Below, piece by piece: positions 13,197-25,503 of a DNA stretch of 64,000 nt (position 1 is its first letter; each line of letters opens with the position of its first letter). This DNA is from Octopus vulgaris. Its lineage: Eukaryota. The notes beneath the pieces were generated by a model. It did not search any database. It was given only the letters and a program-made list of their open reading frames with translations, and had not been told where the DNA came from. The stretch is taken from NCBI GenBank assembly GCA_951406725.2, contig OX597817.1:154814001-154878000 (forward strand). The letters run 5' to 3'. The translations under genes and the position numbers were made by a program.

Positions 13197-14022
13197 TCTT
13201 CTAGCAGTAATGATCAAAGGAACAAATATACTACACTAGGGTGTATTCACATGCACTATTAATATTTAAATCAATAAATGGATGCTTATATTACACCAGT
13301 ATGAGCAATTCAGGTTCCTCAAAAGATAAATTTAGGTTATAAAATGAGATAGGGGTTGAAAATTCAACCCACCATGGGATAATATATATCCAATATACTG
13401 CTAGATAGGTATATATATATATATAAATAAATATTTATATATATATGTATGTATATATATATATATATAAGTGTATGTGAGTGTATAAATACATGAACAC
13501 ACACACACATACACGCACATGAACAGACAAGCATGCACATACAAATATCTATTCTTTTTTCTTAGGACATTCCATTGCTGAAGCTAACTAAAAAAAAAAC
13601 TGTTCTGAATTTCTTTATCGATATCTAAGTTAAGTACTTGTTCAGTTACATAATAAATGGAATCCTGTCTATTATATTTATTGAAAGAATTTATTGAATC
13701 ACTTACACTATTCACATGTTAACTAGCTGAATAATAGGTCAGAATTTCTAATGAAAATGTCTATGCTGAAATATATCATTATTCAGCTGTATTTAAGTAT
13801 CATTTATTAGATAGTATTTTAGGAAACATTTACACTAACATAAAGAAAATGTAATTACATTACTTGTTTAGTCATTAGTGAATAGTTTTTAATACAATAT
13901 TGTCCTATTATATATATTTTCTTTAGCACATATAGGTATTTATCTACGTACAATTTTTTTAATATAGATATTATATGTATGCAAAATATGAGTTAGAAAA
14001 ATAGAATTTAGAAAAGGATATA

Positions 14023-14666
14023 TACTCTTTAACTCTTTTACTTGTTTCAGTCATGTGACTGTGGCCATGCTGGAGCACCGCCTTTAGTCGAGCAAATGAA
14101 AATATAATAGTAATGAAATTATTGTATACAGTACTCAGGTGCACCACAACTTGTCAAAAGTGCATATAAAGCATATGCAGTAATGTATAAATGTCTGGAA
14201 AGTGAACAGTGTATGAGTCAGATACATGCTTGCATGTGTATGGAGGGGAGAAAATCAGGTGTAGTCTTAGCAAATCTCAGGAAGCATGGAAGTTTTGAAG
14301 GATGCAGTGCTCCAACAACTAATAACTGATGCCGGCAGTTTGTTCCGACCCCAGGACTTATTCTTTGTAAGCCTAGTACTTATTCTATCGGTCCCTTTCA
14401 CCGAACTGCTAAGTTACGGGGACGTAAACACACCAGCATCGGTTGTCAAGTGATGTTGGGGGGACAAACACAGACGCGCAAACATATATACACACATACA
14501 TATATATACATATATACAGTTTCCGTCTACCAAATCCTCTCACAAGGCTTTGGTCGGCCCAAGGCTATAGGAGAAGACACTTGCCCAAGGTGCCATGCAG
14601 TGGGACTGAACCCAGAACCATGTGGTTTATAAGCAAGCTACTTACCACACAGCCACTCCTATGCCT
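14023..14666 (-). mobile_element. SINE family B interrupted by a CR1-like fragment
   Basis: Consensus gagcaaat|cgacccc is split by an insert at 14098-14345. Confidence 0.85.
14098..14345 (-). mobile_element. CR1-like LINE 3' end fragment
   Basis: Minus strand begins (W)NKLPASVISCWSTASFKTSM, resembling the CR1 ORF2 C-terminal WNxLP..FK motif, followed by 3' UTR. Confidence 0.6.
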
Positions 14667-15555
14667 ATGTAAGTTTTAACCATAAATTGCAACTAGATTT
14701 AACTGAAGATATTTTATTGTATTATATCATAACAATAAAGTACTTTATTTAACTCATATGTAACTAGCTCTATTTAACTCTTGTTGAACTCATCACTTAG
14801 TTTTGATATATGACATATACATACATACATGTGTGTGTGTGTGTACTTACGTATGTGAGCAGATATTTTCTATGCATTAAATGAATTACATTTGGTTGTT
14901 TCTCTATGTGCATGTGTATGTGAATTTGTGTATATGTATGTATATGTATGCATGCATACATGTGTATGTGCATGCATGCATGTGTGTGTGTGCATGTGAG
15001 TGTGTGTGTGTGTGTGTGTATATGTATGGACGCAAGTGTGTGTGTGTGTGTGTGTAATTTCTTGGTTTTACATTTAAAATTTTTCACTAATAAAGAATTA
15101 CTTTTTCTCTAAAAACAAGGCTCTTTCATTGGAATTTAGACATGAAAAGAGTAAACATAAGTATCTGTATCCATGTGGTTATGTGCACATGCATACGTGT
15201 GTATATATATATATATACAGAAAGGGAGAGGGGAGAGGGAGAGAGGGGGAGAGAGAGATGGATACATGCATACATGTATACATAAACACAAATGCATACA
15301 TATATATATATATTTAAGTAGGTGAATGAATTATCCTCTGTTTATCGTCAGCATGGAAAATTCGTTTGACCGAAACCTGGGTAGCAAATTCACGTCAGAA
15401 ACACGGTTGAAGTGACCTGTCCAAGGGTAGAAACTCCGGGTTCATGTGCAGAAATTTGTGTGTTGTATATGAATAAATGAAAGAGAGAGTAAAGGAATTT
15501 TGTTAACATCTTCGTTCGACTCCATTCTTTCATTTATATATATATATATATATAT

Positions 15556-15728
15556 ACACTCACGGAGTGGTTGGCGTTAGGAAGGTCATCCAGCCGTAGA
15601 AACACTGCCAGATCAGACTGGGCCTGATGCAGCCTTCTGGCTTCCCAGACCCCAGTTGAACCGTCCAACCCATGCTAGCATGGAAAGCGGACGCTAAACG
15701 ATGATGATGATGATGATGATGATGGTGA
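15556..15728 (+). mobile_element. Family D 3' fragment
   Basis: Matches 3022-3194; inserted in a TA tract. Confidence 0.75.
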
Positions 15729-15803
15729 TATATATATGCATATATATATATATATATAAGTATATATATATCATATATATAAGTGTATATATATCATATA
15801 TAG

Positions 15804-15967
15804 AGGCGCGGGAGTGGCTGTGTAGGTAAGTAGCTTGCTAACCAACCACATGGTTCCGGGTTCAGTCCTACTGCGTGGCATCTTGGGCAAGTGTCTTCTG
15901 CTATAGCCTCGGGCTGACCAAAGCCTTGTGAGTGGATTTGGTAGATGGGAACTGAAAGAAGCTTGTC

Positions 15968-16013
<46 letters not shown>

Positions 16014-16230
16014 ATATGTTTGTGTGTCTGTGTTTGTCCCTCTAGCATTGCTTGACAACCGATGCTGGTGTGTTTACGTCCCCGTCACTTAGCGGTTCAG
16101 CAAAAGAGACCGATAGAATAAGTACTGGGCTTACAAAAAAGAATAAGTCCCGGGGTCGAGTTGCTCGACTAAAGGCGGTGCTCCAGCATGGCCGCAGTCA
16201 AATGACTGAAACAAGTAAAAAAAAAAAATT
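15804..16230 (+). mobile_element. SINE family B
   Basis: Full copy with internal (TA)n(TG)n. Confidence 0.85.
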
Positions 16231-16264
16231 TTAAAAAGAGTATATATGTATATGTGTATATATA

Positions 16265-16338
<74 letters not shown>

Positions 16339-16449
16339 TTGATAGATAGATAGAAACACCTATTTTTAACATGTAATGGTTTATAACCCTCTTATAACCC
16401 TCTTAGTTATAACTGTGACTTGTTCATAATTATGAACGTTTCTCTTCTT

Positions 16450-18400
16450 CATATTTTCAGACCCGTTTTCAGAGGCTGAGTTGCTGCAATACACAGTGGC
16501 ACCTGCTCAGTGGTCAAAGTAAATGGCTACCTATCGGAACCATTTAGTATTGCACATTCGGTCCATCAGGGCTGCCCACTGTCACTTCATGTGCATGTGC
16601 TGGTTCACAAGCTGCTGCTGCAGAAATTGGAACAGTTAAGAAGCTTCCTTTTCGAAATTTCACTTGGGAGGGCAGTGTCTGCACATGTGAATGCCATCCC
16701 CATCATGGTGTCAGACACCTCCAAAGTGGAGACAGTTGGTTGCATTGTAAAGGAATATGCGTTAGTTGCAGGGGCCAAATTCAATGCCAACAAGTCGGTG
16801 GGATTGCGACTGGGCACTTAGAGAGGCAGATCGATGCCGTCGGATGATGGACTGACAGACCAGTTAAATTGCTCGGGATCTGGTTTGGTCCCGACCTCCT
16901 GGTGGATAAGAATTGGGAAGAGGTGATGAACAGGATGACCTCTCTTACCTAGAAATAGGCAGAGAGGAAGTTGTCCCTGAAAGGTCAGGCAGAGGTGGCA
17001 AATGCCTACATCACCTCTGTCCTTATTTATCATCTGACCATCGTGCCTTGCCCCAGTTATTGCTTGATTAGATTGGAGCGTACCCTGTTTATTTTCTTGA
17101 GGAAGGGATGCATTCTAATGGTCAGGTGGTCAGTCTGCTGCCAACTTCCTTTGCATGGTAACTTAGGCATGTCATGGCTTTTGATGCACAGACATGCATT
17201 CAGGTTGCACCACCTGCAACGATTTCTAGATGGTGAACATGTGTGGGCTCCATTTGTGAGAAACGTCTCTCCGCAACTCATCTCCTTGTTGGAGCTGCAG
17301 TCCTGGGTAAAGGATAGGCTGAGACTGAGTGCCTAGCACTTAGAATGTCATCAGGTGCTCACTGTCCTCTACAAGTCGGCCAATATGATCAGTGGTTCCA
17401 CTTTAGTTATATACAGAGGATTAATGGCGGGGAAAGTGGAGGCACAATGGCCCAGTGGTTAGGGCAGCGGACTCGCGGTCATAGGATCGCAGTTTCAATT
17501 CCCAGACCGGGCGTTGTGAGTGTTTATTGAGCGAAAACACCTAAAGCTCCACGAGGATCCGGCAGGGGATGGTGGTGATCCCTGCTGTACTCTTACTTCC
17601 TATTTCTGTTGTACCTTGTATTTCAAAGGGCCGACCTTGTCACTCTCTGTGTCACGCTGAATATCCCCGAGAACTACATTAAGGGTACACGTGTCTGTGG
17701 AGTGCTCAGCCACTTACACGTTAATTTCACGAGCAGGCTGTTCCGTTGATTCGGATCAACCGGAACCCTCGTCGTCGTAACCGACGGAGTGCTTCCAGTA
17801 GCGGGGAAGTGTGACAACATCATCAGAGAGACCCTAGTCATCGATGAAGACGAACTGGCAAGTTTCTTCTGGGGACTTTCTGGTCAGGGGCTATTATAGA
17901 TAATTTCCCGATGTCTTTGGTCTGGCAGTGCCACCAGGGGTGCTACCGCTTTGAGATAAACTCTACAGGCACAGATGTACTATCAGACGGGCCTGTCTGA
18001 GGTGCTCGATGAGCAACGAAACCATTCTGCATGCTGATTTGTGGAGTTATGTCGAATAGCTGCTGTCACATGTATGACGGATTCATCTGTCAGCCGAGTC
18101 CATAATGATAATTGCTCCGTCGCCCTCCTTTAATCAGGCAGGCAAGGCAGTTTTCCTTTGACTGGTGGCTGTGGCGAAAGAGGTTGTCTGCTGAATGAGG
18201 CTGAAAGGAATAAAGACAGAAATATTCCTCTTTGGCAAAGCTCTTATCGACTTTTTTGAGTTTAACTTGAAAAGGAAAGAGAGGGTGGAGAGGGAGGTGC
18301 TGTTTCTGTCTACGAGTGAAATTATGGAAAAGGTGGGTGAAAGTTGCGAAAATGGCAAGAGTGAATGGTACCACTCTCAGTGTAGACCTGTGATTCAGAA
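16450..18400 (+). pseudogene. Decayed non-LTR retrotransposon ORF2 (Tx1/L1-like)
   Basis: VKVNGYLSEPFSIAHSVHQGCPLS (RT), AGAKFNANKS, KLLGIWFG, LSLKGQAEVANAYITSVLIY, C-terminal CLRC..ETILH zinc knuckle; stops and frameshifts. Confidence 0.8.
17438..17797 (+). mobile_element. tRNA-derived SINE family A (inserted in LINE relic)
   Basis: Same sequence as 3604-3987 with a small internal deletion; imperfect TSD gcggggaa(a)gt. Confidence 0.9.
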
Positions 18401-18605
18401 GAAAGGAATTGGAAAGGGCACTTGTTCTTGGTATTCAGGGTGATCTTGGATGGTACGTGTGTGTGTGTATGTGTGTGTGAGTGAGTGTGTATGTGTTTGT
18501 GTATGTAAGTGTGCATGCGTGTGTGTGAGTGTGTATGTGTGTGTGTAGGTCCTCCTGTATCCTCTAGTGTTATATACTATGTATACTTCCCTTCATATAT
18601 ACTGT

Positions 18606-18992
18606 TTACTCTTTTACTTGTTTCAGTCATTTGACTGCGGCCATCCTGGAGCACCGCCTTTAATTGAGCAACTCGACCTTGGGACTTGTTCTTTTGTAAG
18701 CCCAGTACTTATTCTATCGGTCTCTTTAGCCGAACCGCTAAGTGACGGGAACATAAACACACCGGCATCGGTTGTCAAACAAAAATGCTTGGGGACAAAC
18801 ACAGACACACAAACACACACACATACATATATACGACGGGCTTCTTTCAGTTTCCGTCTACCAAATCCACTCACAAGGCTTTGGTCAACCCGAGGCTATA
18901 GTAGAAGACACTTGCCCAAGGTGCCACGCAGTGGGATTGAACCCGGAACCATGTGGTTGGTAGACAAGCTACTTACCACACAGCCACTCCTG
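18606..18992 (-). mobile_element. SINE family B
   Basis: Full copy, reverse orientation. Confidence 0.85.
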
Positions 18993-19122
18993 TATATTTT
19001 TTTTAACATTCCATCATATGTAAACCCCAACACTCTATTGTATTGTCCCCCTCACCCTTCACCTTGGTGGAAAATAAAAGAAACCATCATCATCATTATT
19101 ATTATTATTATTATTATTATTG

Positions 19123-19644
19123 AGTGAGAGAGCAGCGCATGCCATCAAAGTGACACTAGGGTAAAATATACGAAGCCCCGTATACCCATCATGACTACCC
19201 GTTTGATAAGGGTACACCAGGCACATGCATCACAACCATATGTACGCAGCATGATGATCTCATATCAAGATAAACAGCGCATGACTTTGCAGGTGGGGCC
19301 CAGTAAGAATTTTCTTCAGGTTGAGTAGCCCATCCTGCTCAAAAGGTCCCTGAATAAGGGTTGTTTAAGGATGTTGAAAGAACCACCCATGTTTCCAGAG
19401 GTGAACTATTCAAACCCCAAAGAATCCCTCTCAACACATGGCTATGATGCTCCCCCACTACTGCTACTCGTGATCAGAGATGCACATATCGTCAGTCACT
19501 AAGGGACATGCTCAACTGATTAAGGTCAAACAACTGACAAGCAAATTTGTGGTATTGAGCAGAATATTTGCTGTAGCCCATCTTTTATACCAAGACAAAA
19601 CAATGTACACGATAACACTTCCAATCAGTTAAGATCAGAAGCCA

Positions 19645-19645
<1 letters not shown>
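19123..19645 (-). mobile_element. Unclassified retroposon-like insert in (TAT)n
   Basis: ~520 bp complex sequence flanked on both sides by (TAT)n; no ORF recognised; strand is a guess. Confidence 0.4.
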
Positions 19646-19678
<33 letters not shown>

Positions 19679-19999
19679 TTTTTTTTTTTTTTCAAGGCAG
19701 CAAGCTGGCAGAATCATTAGCATGATGGACAAAAAATGCTTAGCAGTATTTCATCTGTCCTGGCATTCTGAGTTCAAATGCCACCGAGGTTTACTTTGCC
19801 TTTCATCCTTTCAGGGTCAGTAAATGGAGTACCAGTGAAATACTGGGTCGATGTAACTAGCCACCACAAAATTTCAGGCCTTGTGCAGATAATAGAAAGG
19901 ATTTTCATTCTTATCTTTAAGCTACTCAAACCTTGAAATTCCTTTTGCTCTGATATATATAAAGGAATTCACCATGCTAAGAATTTTATGGAATCTTTT

Positions 20000-21374
20000 A
20001 CATACATACATACATACATACACTCTCACACACTCACACACACAGGCATGCACACACACACATGCACACACACACACTTTCATATATACATACACATACA
20101 CTCACACACACTCACATACACACACACACACACACAGACACACTTACACACTCACTCACCCACACACACACATACACATACATACACATACACTCACACA
20201 CACAGGCACGCACACGCACACACTTTCATATATACATACACATACACTCAAACACACTCACACACACACACACAGACACACTTACTCATTCACACACATA
20301 CACATACATACACATACACTCACACACATTCACACACACAGGCATGCACACGCACACACTTTCATATATACACACTTTCATATATACATACATACACTCA
20401 CACACACACACACACACTCACTCACTCACACTCACACACACACACACACTTACACACATACAAACAAACTTACACACACACCCTCACTCACACACACATA
20501 CACAAACATACACTTACTCACATACACACTCACACTTACATATACACACACATACTTACACACACACACTCACACACACACACACACACTCACACACACT
20601 CACACACATACACACACATACACAAACATACACTTACTCACATACACACTCACATATATACACACTTACACACACACACACACACACACTCACACACACA
20701 CACACACATACACAAACATACACTTACTCACATACACACTCACACTTACATATACACACACATACTTACACACCCACACCCACACACACACACACTCACA
20801 CACACACACACACACACACTTACTCATTCACACACATACACATACATACACATACACTCACACACATTCACACACACACACATGCACACGCACACACTTT
20901 CATATATACACACACTTTCATATATACATACATACACTCACACACACACACACACACTCACTCACTCACACTCACACACACACACACACACTTACACACA
21001 TACAAACAAACTTACACACACACCCTCACTCACACACACATACACAAACATACACTTACTCACATACACACTCACATATACACACACATACTTACACACA
21101 CACACACACACACACTCACACACACACACTCACACACACTCACACACACACATACACACACATACACAAACACACACTTACTCACATACACACTCACACT
21201 TACATATATACACACTTACACACACACACACACACACTCACACACACACACACACATACACAAACATACACTTACTCACATACACACTCACACTTACATA
21301 TACACACACATACTTACACACCCACACCCACACACACATACACACTCACACATACACACACACACACATACACA
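20000..21374. repeat. Complex (CA)-rich degenerate microsatellite
   Basis: CA/TA/CT mosaic; the His/Thr ORFs in all three frames are artefacts. Confidence 0.95.
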
Positions 21375-21680
21375 AGTAGTAATTAGTACATGTAATTAAG
21401 CACAAGCATACACACTCAACAGTAAATATGCACATAGCAACATTTTGACACTCCATTCCTAACATAACTATTCATTTCCTTGTTTTCAACTTTACTGACC
21501 AACAGGTTTCAATTTCAGTTGACCTTTAGATTTCAAAATAAATTATAATCCTAATTTACCTTCATTATGTTCATTTTCATTTCCTTTTTCTACCCTTTGC
21601 CTATAATAAAAGCCTTTTCAACTTTATGAATTAAAGCTTAATTTAATACCAGCATCCGAAAATAAATGAAATTTATAAAT

Positions 21681-22090
21681 AGGAGTGGCTGTGTGGTAAG
21701 TAGCTTGTTTACCAACCACATGGTTCCAGGTTCAGTCCCACTGCGTGGCACCTTGGGCAAGTGTCTTCTACTATAGCCTCGGGCCGACCAAAGCCTTGTG
21801 AGTGGATTTGGTAGACGGAAACTGAAAGAAACCCGTCGTATATATGTATATATATATATGCGTGTGTGTGTTTGTGTGTCTGTGTTTGTCCCCCTAGCAT
21901 TGCTTGACAACCGATGCTGGTGTGTTTATCTCCCCGTTACTTAGCGGTTCGGCAAAAGAGTCCGATAGAATAAGTACTGGGCTTACAAAAGAATAAGTCC
22001 CGGGATCGAGTTGCTTGATTAAAGGCGGTGCTCCAGCATGGCTGCAGTCAAATGACTGAAACAAGTAAAAGAGTAAAAGAGAGAGAGAGT
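21681..22090 (+). mobile_element. SINE family B
   Basis: Full copy; a 3' partial copy follows at ~22520-22685. Confidence 0.85.
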
Positions 22091-22861
22091 CTTATGTAAA
22101 TAAATTCAAGAATATCCATACGTATTCTCAAAAAGTTTCTGGTATAAATATCAGATCTTTACCTGTTGACCTAAAGTTTTAAAAAATAATTTTTTGTAAC
22201 TAAACACTTTCAAACATCAGATACTGGTAGAATGTGTCATATAAAATAACTTTTACTCTTAGAATTTACGAAGTTATTTCATGTTAAAGTTGTCCTATTT
22301 CAGTAATTTCAACGAATCAATGACATGTATTCAGCTGAATAAAATTACTGCTTTGCTTTCCAACAACTGTTGGCAGTGTATTTTTCATTTGTCACTGTTA
22401 TTTATAATATCGTTTGTGCACTTGTACAGGTTTTAGCTTTAAGGTTTTAGAGTTAGTGTTAGGATTTTAGGGTTAGGGTTTTAGAGTTAGGGTTAAGGTT
22501 TTAGGGTTAGTGTTGTCATGCTGGTGTGTTTATGTCCTCGTAGCTTAGCAGTTCAGCAAAAGTGACCAATAGAATAAGTACTAGGCTTACAAACAATAAA
22601 CCCTGGGGTTGATTTGCTCGACTAAAGGTGGTGCTCCAGCATGGTCACAGCCAAATGACTGAAACAAATAAAAGAGTAAAAGAGTATTGTGTAAGTGCCT
22701 TGTGTGTTCATAGCTTTTCAAACACACCTGTTACAAGAAAATTGGTAAAGCGGAAGTTATTTTTAGTTGTGATGTTGACTATTTCCAGATTAATTTTGCA
22801 TTTAGAATTCTCATAAAGTATTCTTCTTTTGTTTTTCATACTTGATCATTTTTTTTCTCTT

Positions 22862-23358
22862 TGTGGCACGTAAAAGCACCATCCGTTCGTGTCCGTTGCC
22901 AGCCTCGCCTGGCCCCCGTGCCGGGGACACGTAAAAGCACCATCCGTTCATGGCCGTTTGCCAGCTCTGTCTGGCCCCCGTGTCGGTGGCACATAAAAGC
23001 ACCATCTATTCGTGTCCGTTGCCAGCCTCGCCTGGCCCCCATGCCGGTGACACGTAAAAGCACCATCCGTTTCGTGGCCGTTTGCCAGCTCTGTCTGGCC
23101 CCCGTGTCGGTGGCACGTAAAAGCACCATCTGTTCATGGCCGTTTGCCAGCTCCGTCTGGTACCTGTGCGGGTGGCACGTAAAAAGCACCCACTACACTC
23201 ATGGAGTGGTTGGCATTAGGAAGGGCATCCAGCCATAGAAACACTGCCAGATCTGACTGGGCCTGATGAAGCCTTGCAGCTTCACAGACCCCAGTTGAAC
23301 CGTCCAACCCATGCTAGCATGGAAAACGGACGCTAAATGATGATGATGATGATGATGA
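22862..23358 (+). mobile_element. Family D with ~62-bp tandem array
   Basis: Six starts of a gtggcacgtaaaagcacc-like motif ~62 bp apart, followed by the family D 3' end and (GAT)n. Confidence 0.8.
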
Positions 23359-24109
23359 TTTTCAACAAAAACAGGAAATATTTTTTATTTTCCGGTTGCA
23401 CAAATGTCTAGGTGTTTATCACATGTGAAATTTCCAAGTGTTGGATCTAGGATTTGTTGCTTATCTACCTTAATCCAATGGATTAATTTTGATCCCATTT
23501 AGCCAATATAATTCTCACTGCATTGTAGACATTCTTGAATTTTATGGGAAGGTGTTGAAAGTCAGTGCAAATTTGAATTGCAAAACACTTAATATCATTT
23601 TCTGTGTCATATGCTTTACATATGAATGTGTGTGTGTGTGTGTGTGTGACAGAGAGAGAGAGAGAGAGTATTTGCATTGAGGGGAAGGAGGAGTAGTAAG
23701 AGGCAAAGTAAATTTGCATCTGAACATTGCTGAGTTATGTCAAATAGCTGCTGTTGTTACGTCTAGAACAGATGTAGCTATCAGCCAAGTCTACAGTGAG
23801 GATTGCTGCACCACATGCCTTTGTTTTCCTCAGCCTTCAGGGGCTAATGCTAATGCCCATAACGGCTTTAAAAACCAGTCGGAGGAGGGCACTTATCCTT
23901 GGTAGTTAGCATAAGACTGAATGTATGGAATTCCTAAATGGATCTCCACTTGCTGTCTTCCTATTGGAGCATTTCATAATACTGTTGTTTGCGTAACAAT
24001 TTTCTCATACAATTTTGCATAAAGCCAATTTGTTTTAGTAATATCCTCTCGTTTATTACTCCTGTGGCAAAAAAAAAATCCATATCATTAATAATAATGA
24101 TATTCTTAA

Positions 24110-24707
24110 GGTGGATATTCTTAAATATGGTTTCTGATTACAAATATCTTGGATCATACATATCATCATCTGGAAAAGACTTTCTAACTAGAAAGGGTAT
24201 GGTCTGGTCAGCCTGTAATGACATGCATAAGATCTGGTCATCAAATCTAAGTAGAGACTTCAAACTTGAAATTTTCAAAGCCACAGTCGAACCAATTCTA
24301 CTATATGGCTCAGAAACCTGGACGTTATAGAAGAAGCTTGAGAGGCGGTTGGATGGAACCTACACTCGCCTCCTTATGAGAGCTCAAAATCTCTCGTGGA
24401 GGCGCCATCCAACCAAAATGCAAATATATGGGAAACTACCACCTGTGTCATCTCTTGTGAAAGGTAAGAGAGTCCAGTTTGCTGGACATTGTTGTAGAGC
24501 TGAAAACGAGGTAATTTCTACTCTTCTCCTCTGGAAGCCATCTACTCGCAATACCAGAGGGCGCACACTCTCCTACCCTGATGTAATCTCCAGAGATACA
24601 GGCATCCAGCAACAGGACCTCCGTAATGCCATGATGGACCGTGAAGTCTGGCGTAGCATGGTGAATTCCATTGTCTCGACCACGGTCGAACAATGATGAT
24701 GATGATA
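24110..24707 (+). pseudogene. RTE-like LINE 3' fragment with (GAT)n tail
   Basis: DYKYLGSYI..KIWSSNLSRDFKLEIFKATVEPILLYGSETWTL*KKLERRLDGTYTRLL..FAGHCCR..AMMDREVWR, then tgatgatgatgat. Confidence 0.85.
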
Positions 24708-25157
24708 AGGTGGATCATTGACAGATTTGTTAGAGTGTTGGATAGATTTAGTTGTATGAGACCAAATCCAGTTGAAGTCAACTTTGCTTTTCATCCTTAT
24801 GAGGGTCGATAATAAGGTACCACTCCAGGGTGATGGACTTGCAGTGCTGTTAGAGGACCTGCAAAGACACTAATACCAAACTGTATTGGCCCAAGTCAGA
24901 GGCCTCTTTCTTGGATAAACATCAGAGGTATGAAGAGGATAAATTAGTAATATTGGGGTATTACTCTTTTACTTGTTTCAGTCATTTGACTGTGGCCATG
25001 CTGGAGTACCGCCTTTCGTCAAGGAAATTAACCCCAGGACTTATTCTTTGTAAGCATAGTACTTATACTATCGGTTTCTTTTGCCAAACCACTAAAGATA
25101 CAGGGATGTAAACACACCAGCATCGGTTGTCAAGCAATGTTGGGGAGACAAACACAG

Positions 25158-25226
<69 letters not shown>

Positions 25227-25232
<6 letters not shown>

Positions 25233-25449
25233 TAAATTAGAGACAAAACCACTATTAGGCAAATCAAACAATGAAAAACTTAAGCCAATACATATGATTA
25301 ATTTATATTATTTAAATATATAACAAAATTATTAAAAAAATATAATTAATATCACACTACGATCGTTTCATGCCTGCTAACATCTTCAAATTTTTGAGTC
25401 GCAGTCATTCATCAGGTGGTTTAAATATTTTTCTTGGCGAGGTTTAAAC

Positions 25450-25452
<3 letters not shown>
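25227..25452 (-). mobile_element. Short HHR-bearing insert (PLE pLTR/retrozyme-like) inside the internal (TA)n of a family B SINE
   Basis: Non-SINE sequence flanked by (TA)n on both sides, splitting the SINE at 24961-25670; contains the HHR at 25353-25421. Confidence 0.7.
25353..25421 (-). ncRNA. Type I hammerhead ribozyme (intact core)
   Basis: Minus strand CCAC-CUGAUGA-AUGACUGC...GCAGGCAU-GAAA-CGAUCG-UA^GUG. Stem I CAC/GUG, stem II base 7/8 paired, palindromic stem III ACGAUCGU. Confidence 0.85.

Positions 25453-25503
<51 letters not shown>

Larger units (their letters stand above)
7939..13410 (-). mobile_element. Penelope-like retroelement (RT + C-terminal GIY-YIG, Naiad-like), near full length
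   Basis: RT/GIY-YIG ORF at 13196-10355, ~2.4 kb AT-rich 3' region ending with a hammerhead motif at ~8135-8250, bounded by (TA)n at ~7920-7938 and ~13410-13468. Confidence 0.9.

Noticed and set aside
19974-21399. Three long His/Thr-rich ORFs (445-470 aa)
   Set aside because: Translation of a CA-rich microsatellite that is open in all three frames; not a gene.
23690-24063. Possible minus-strand exon after a polypyrimidine/CAG acceptor
   Set aside because: All three frames close quickly; it could be non-coding but cannot be supported.
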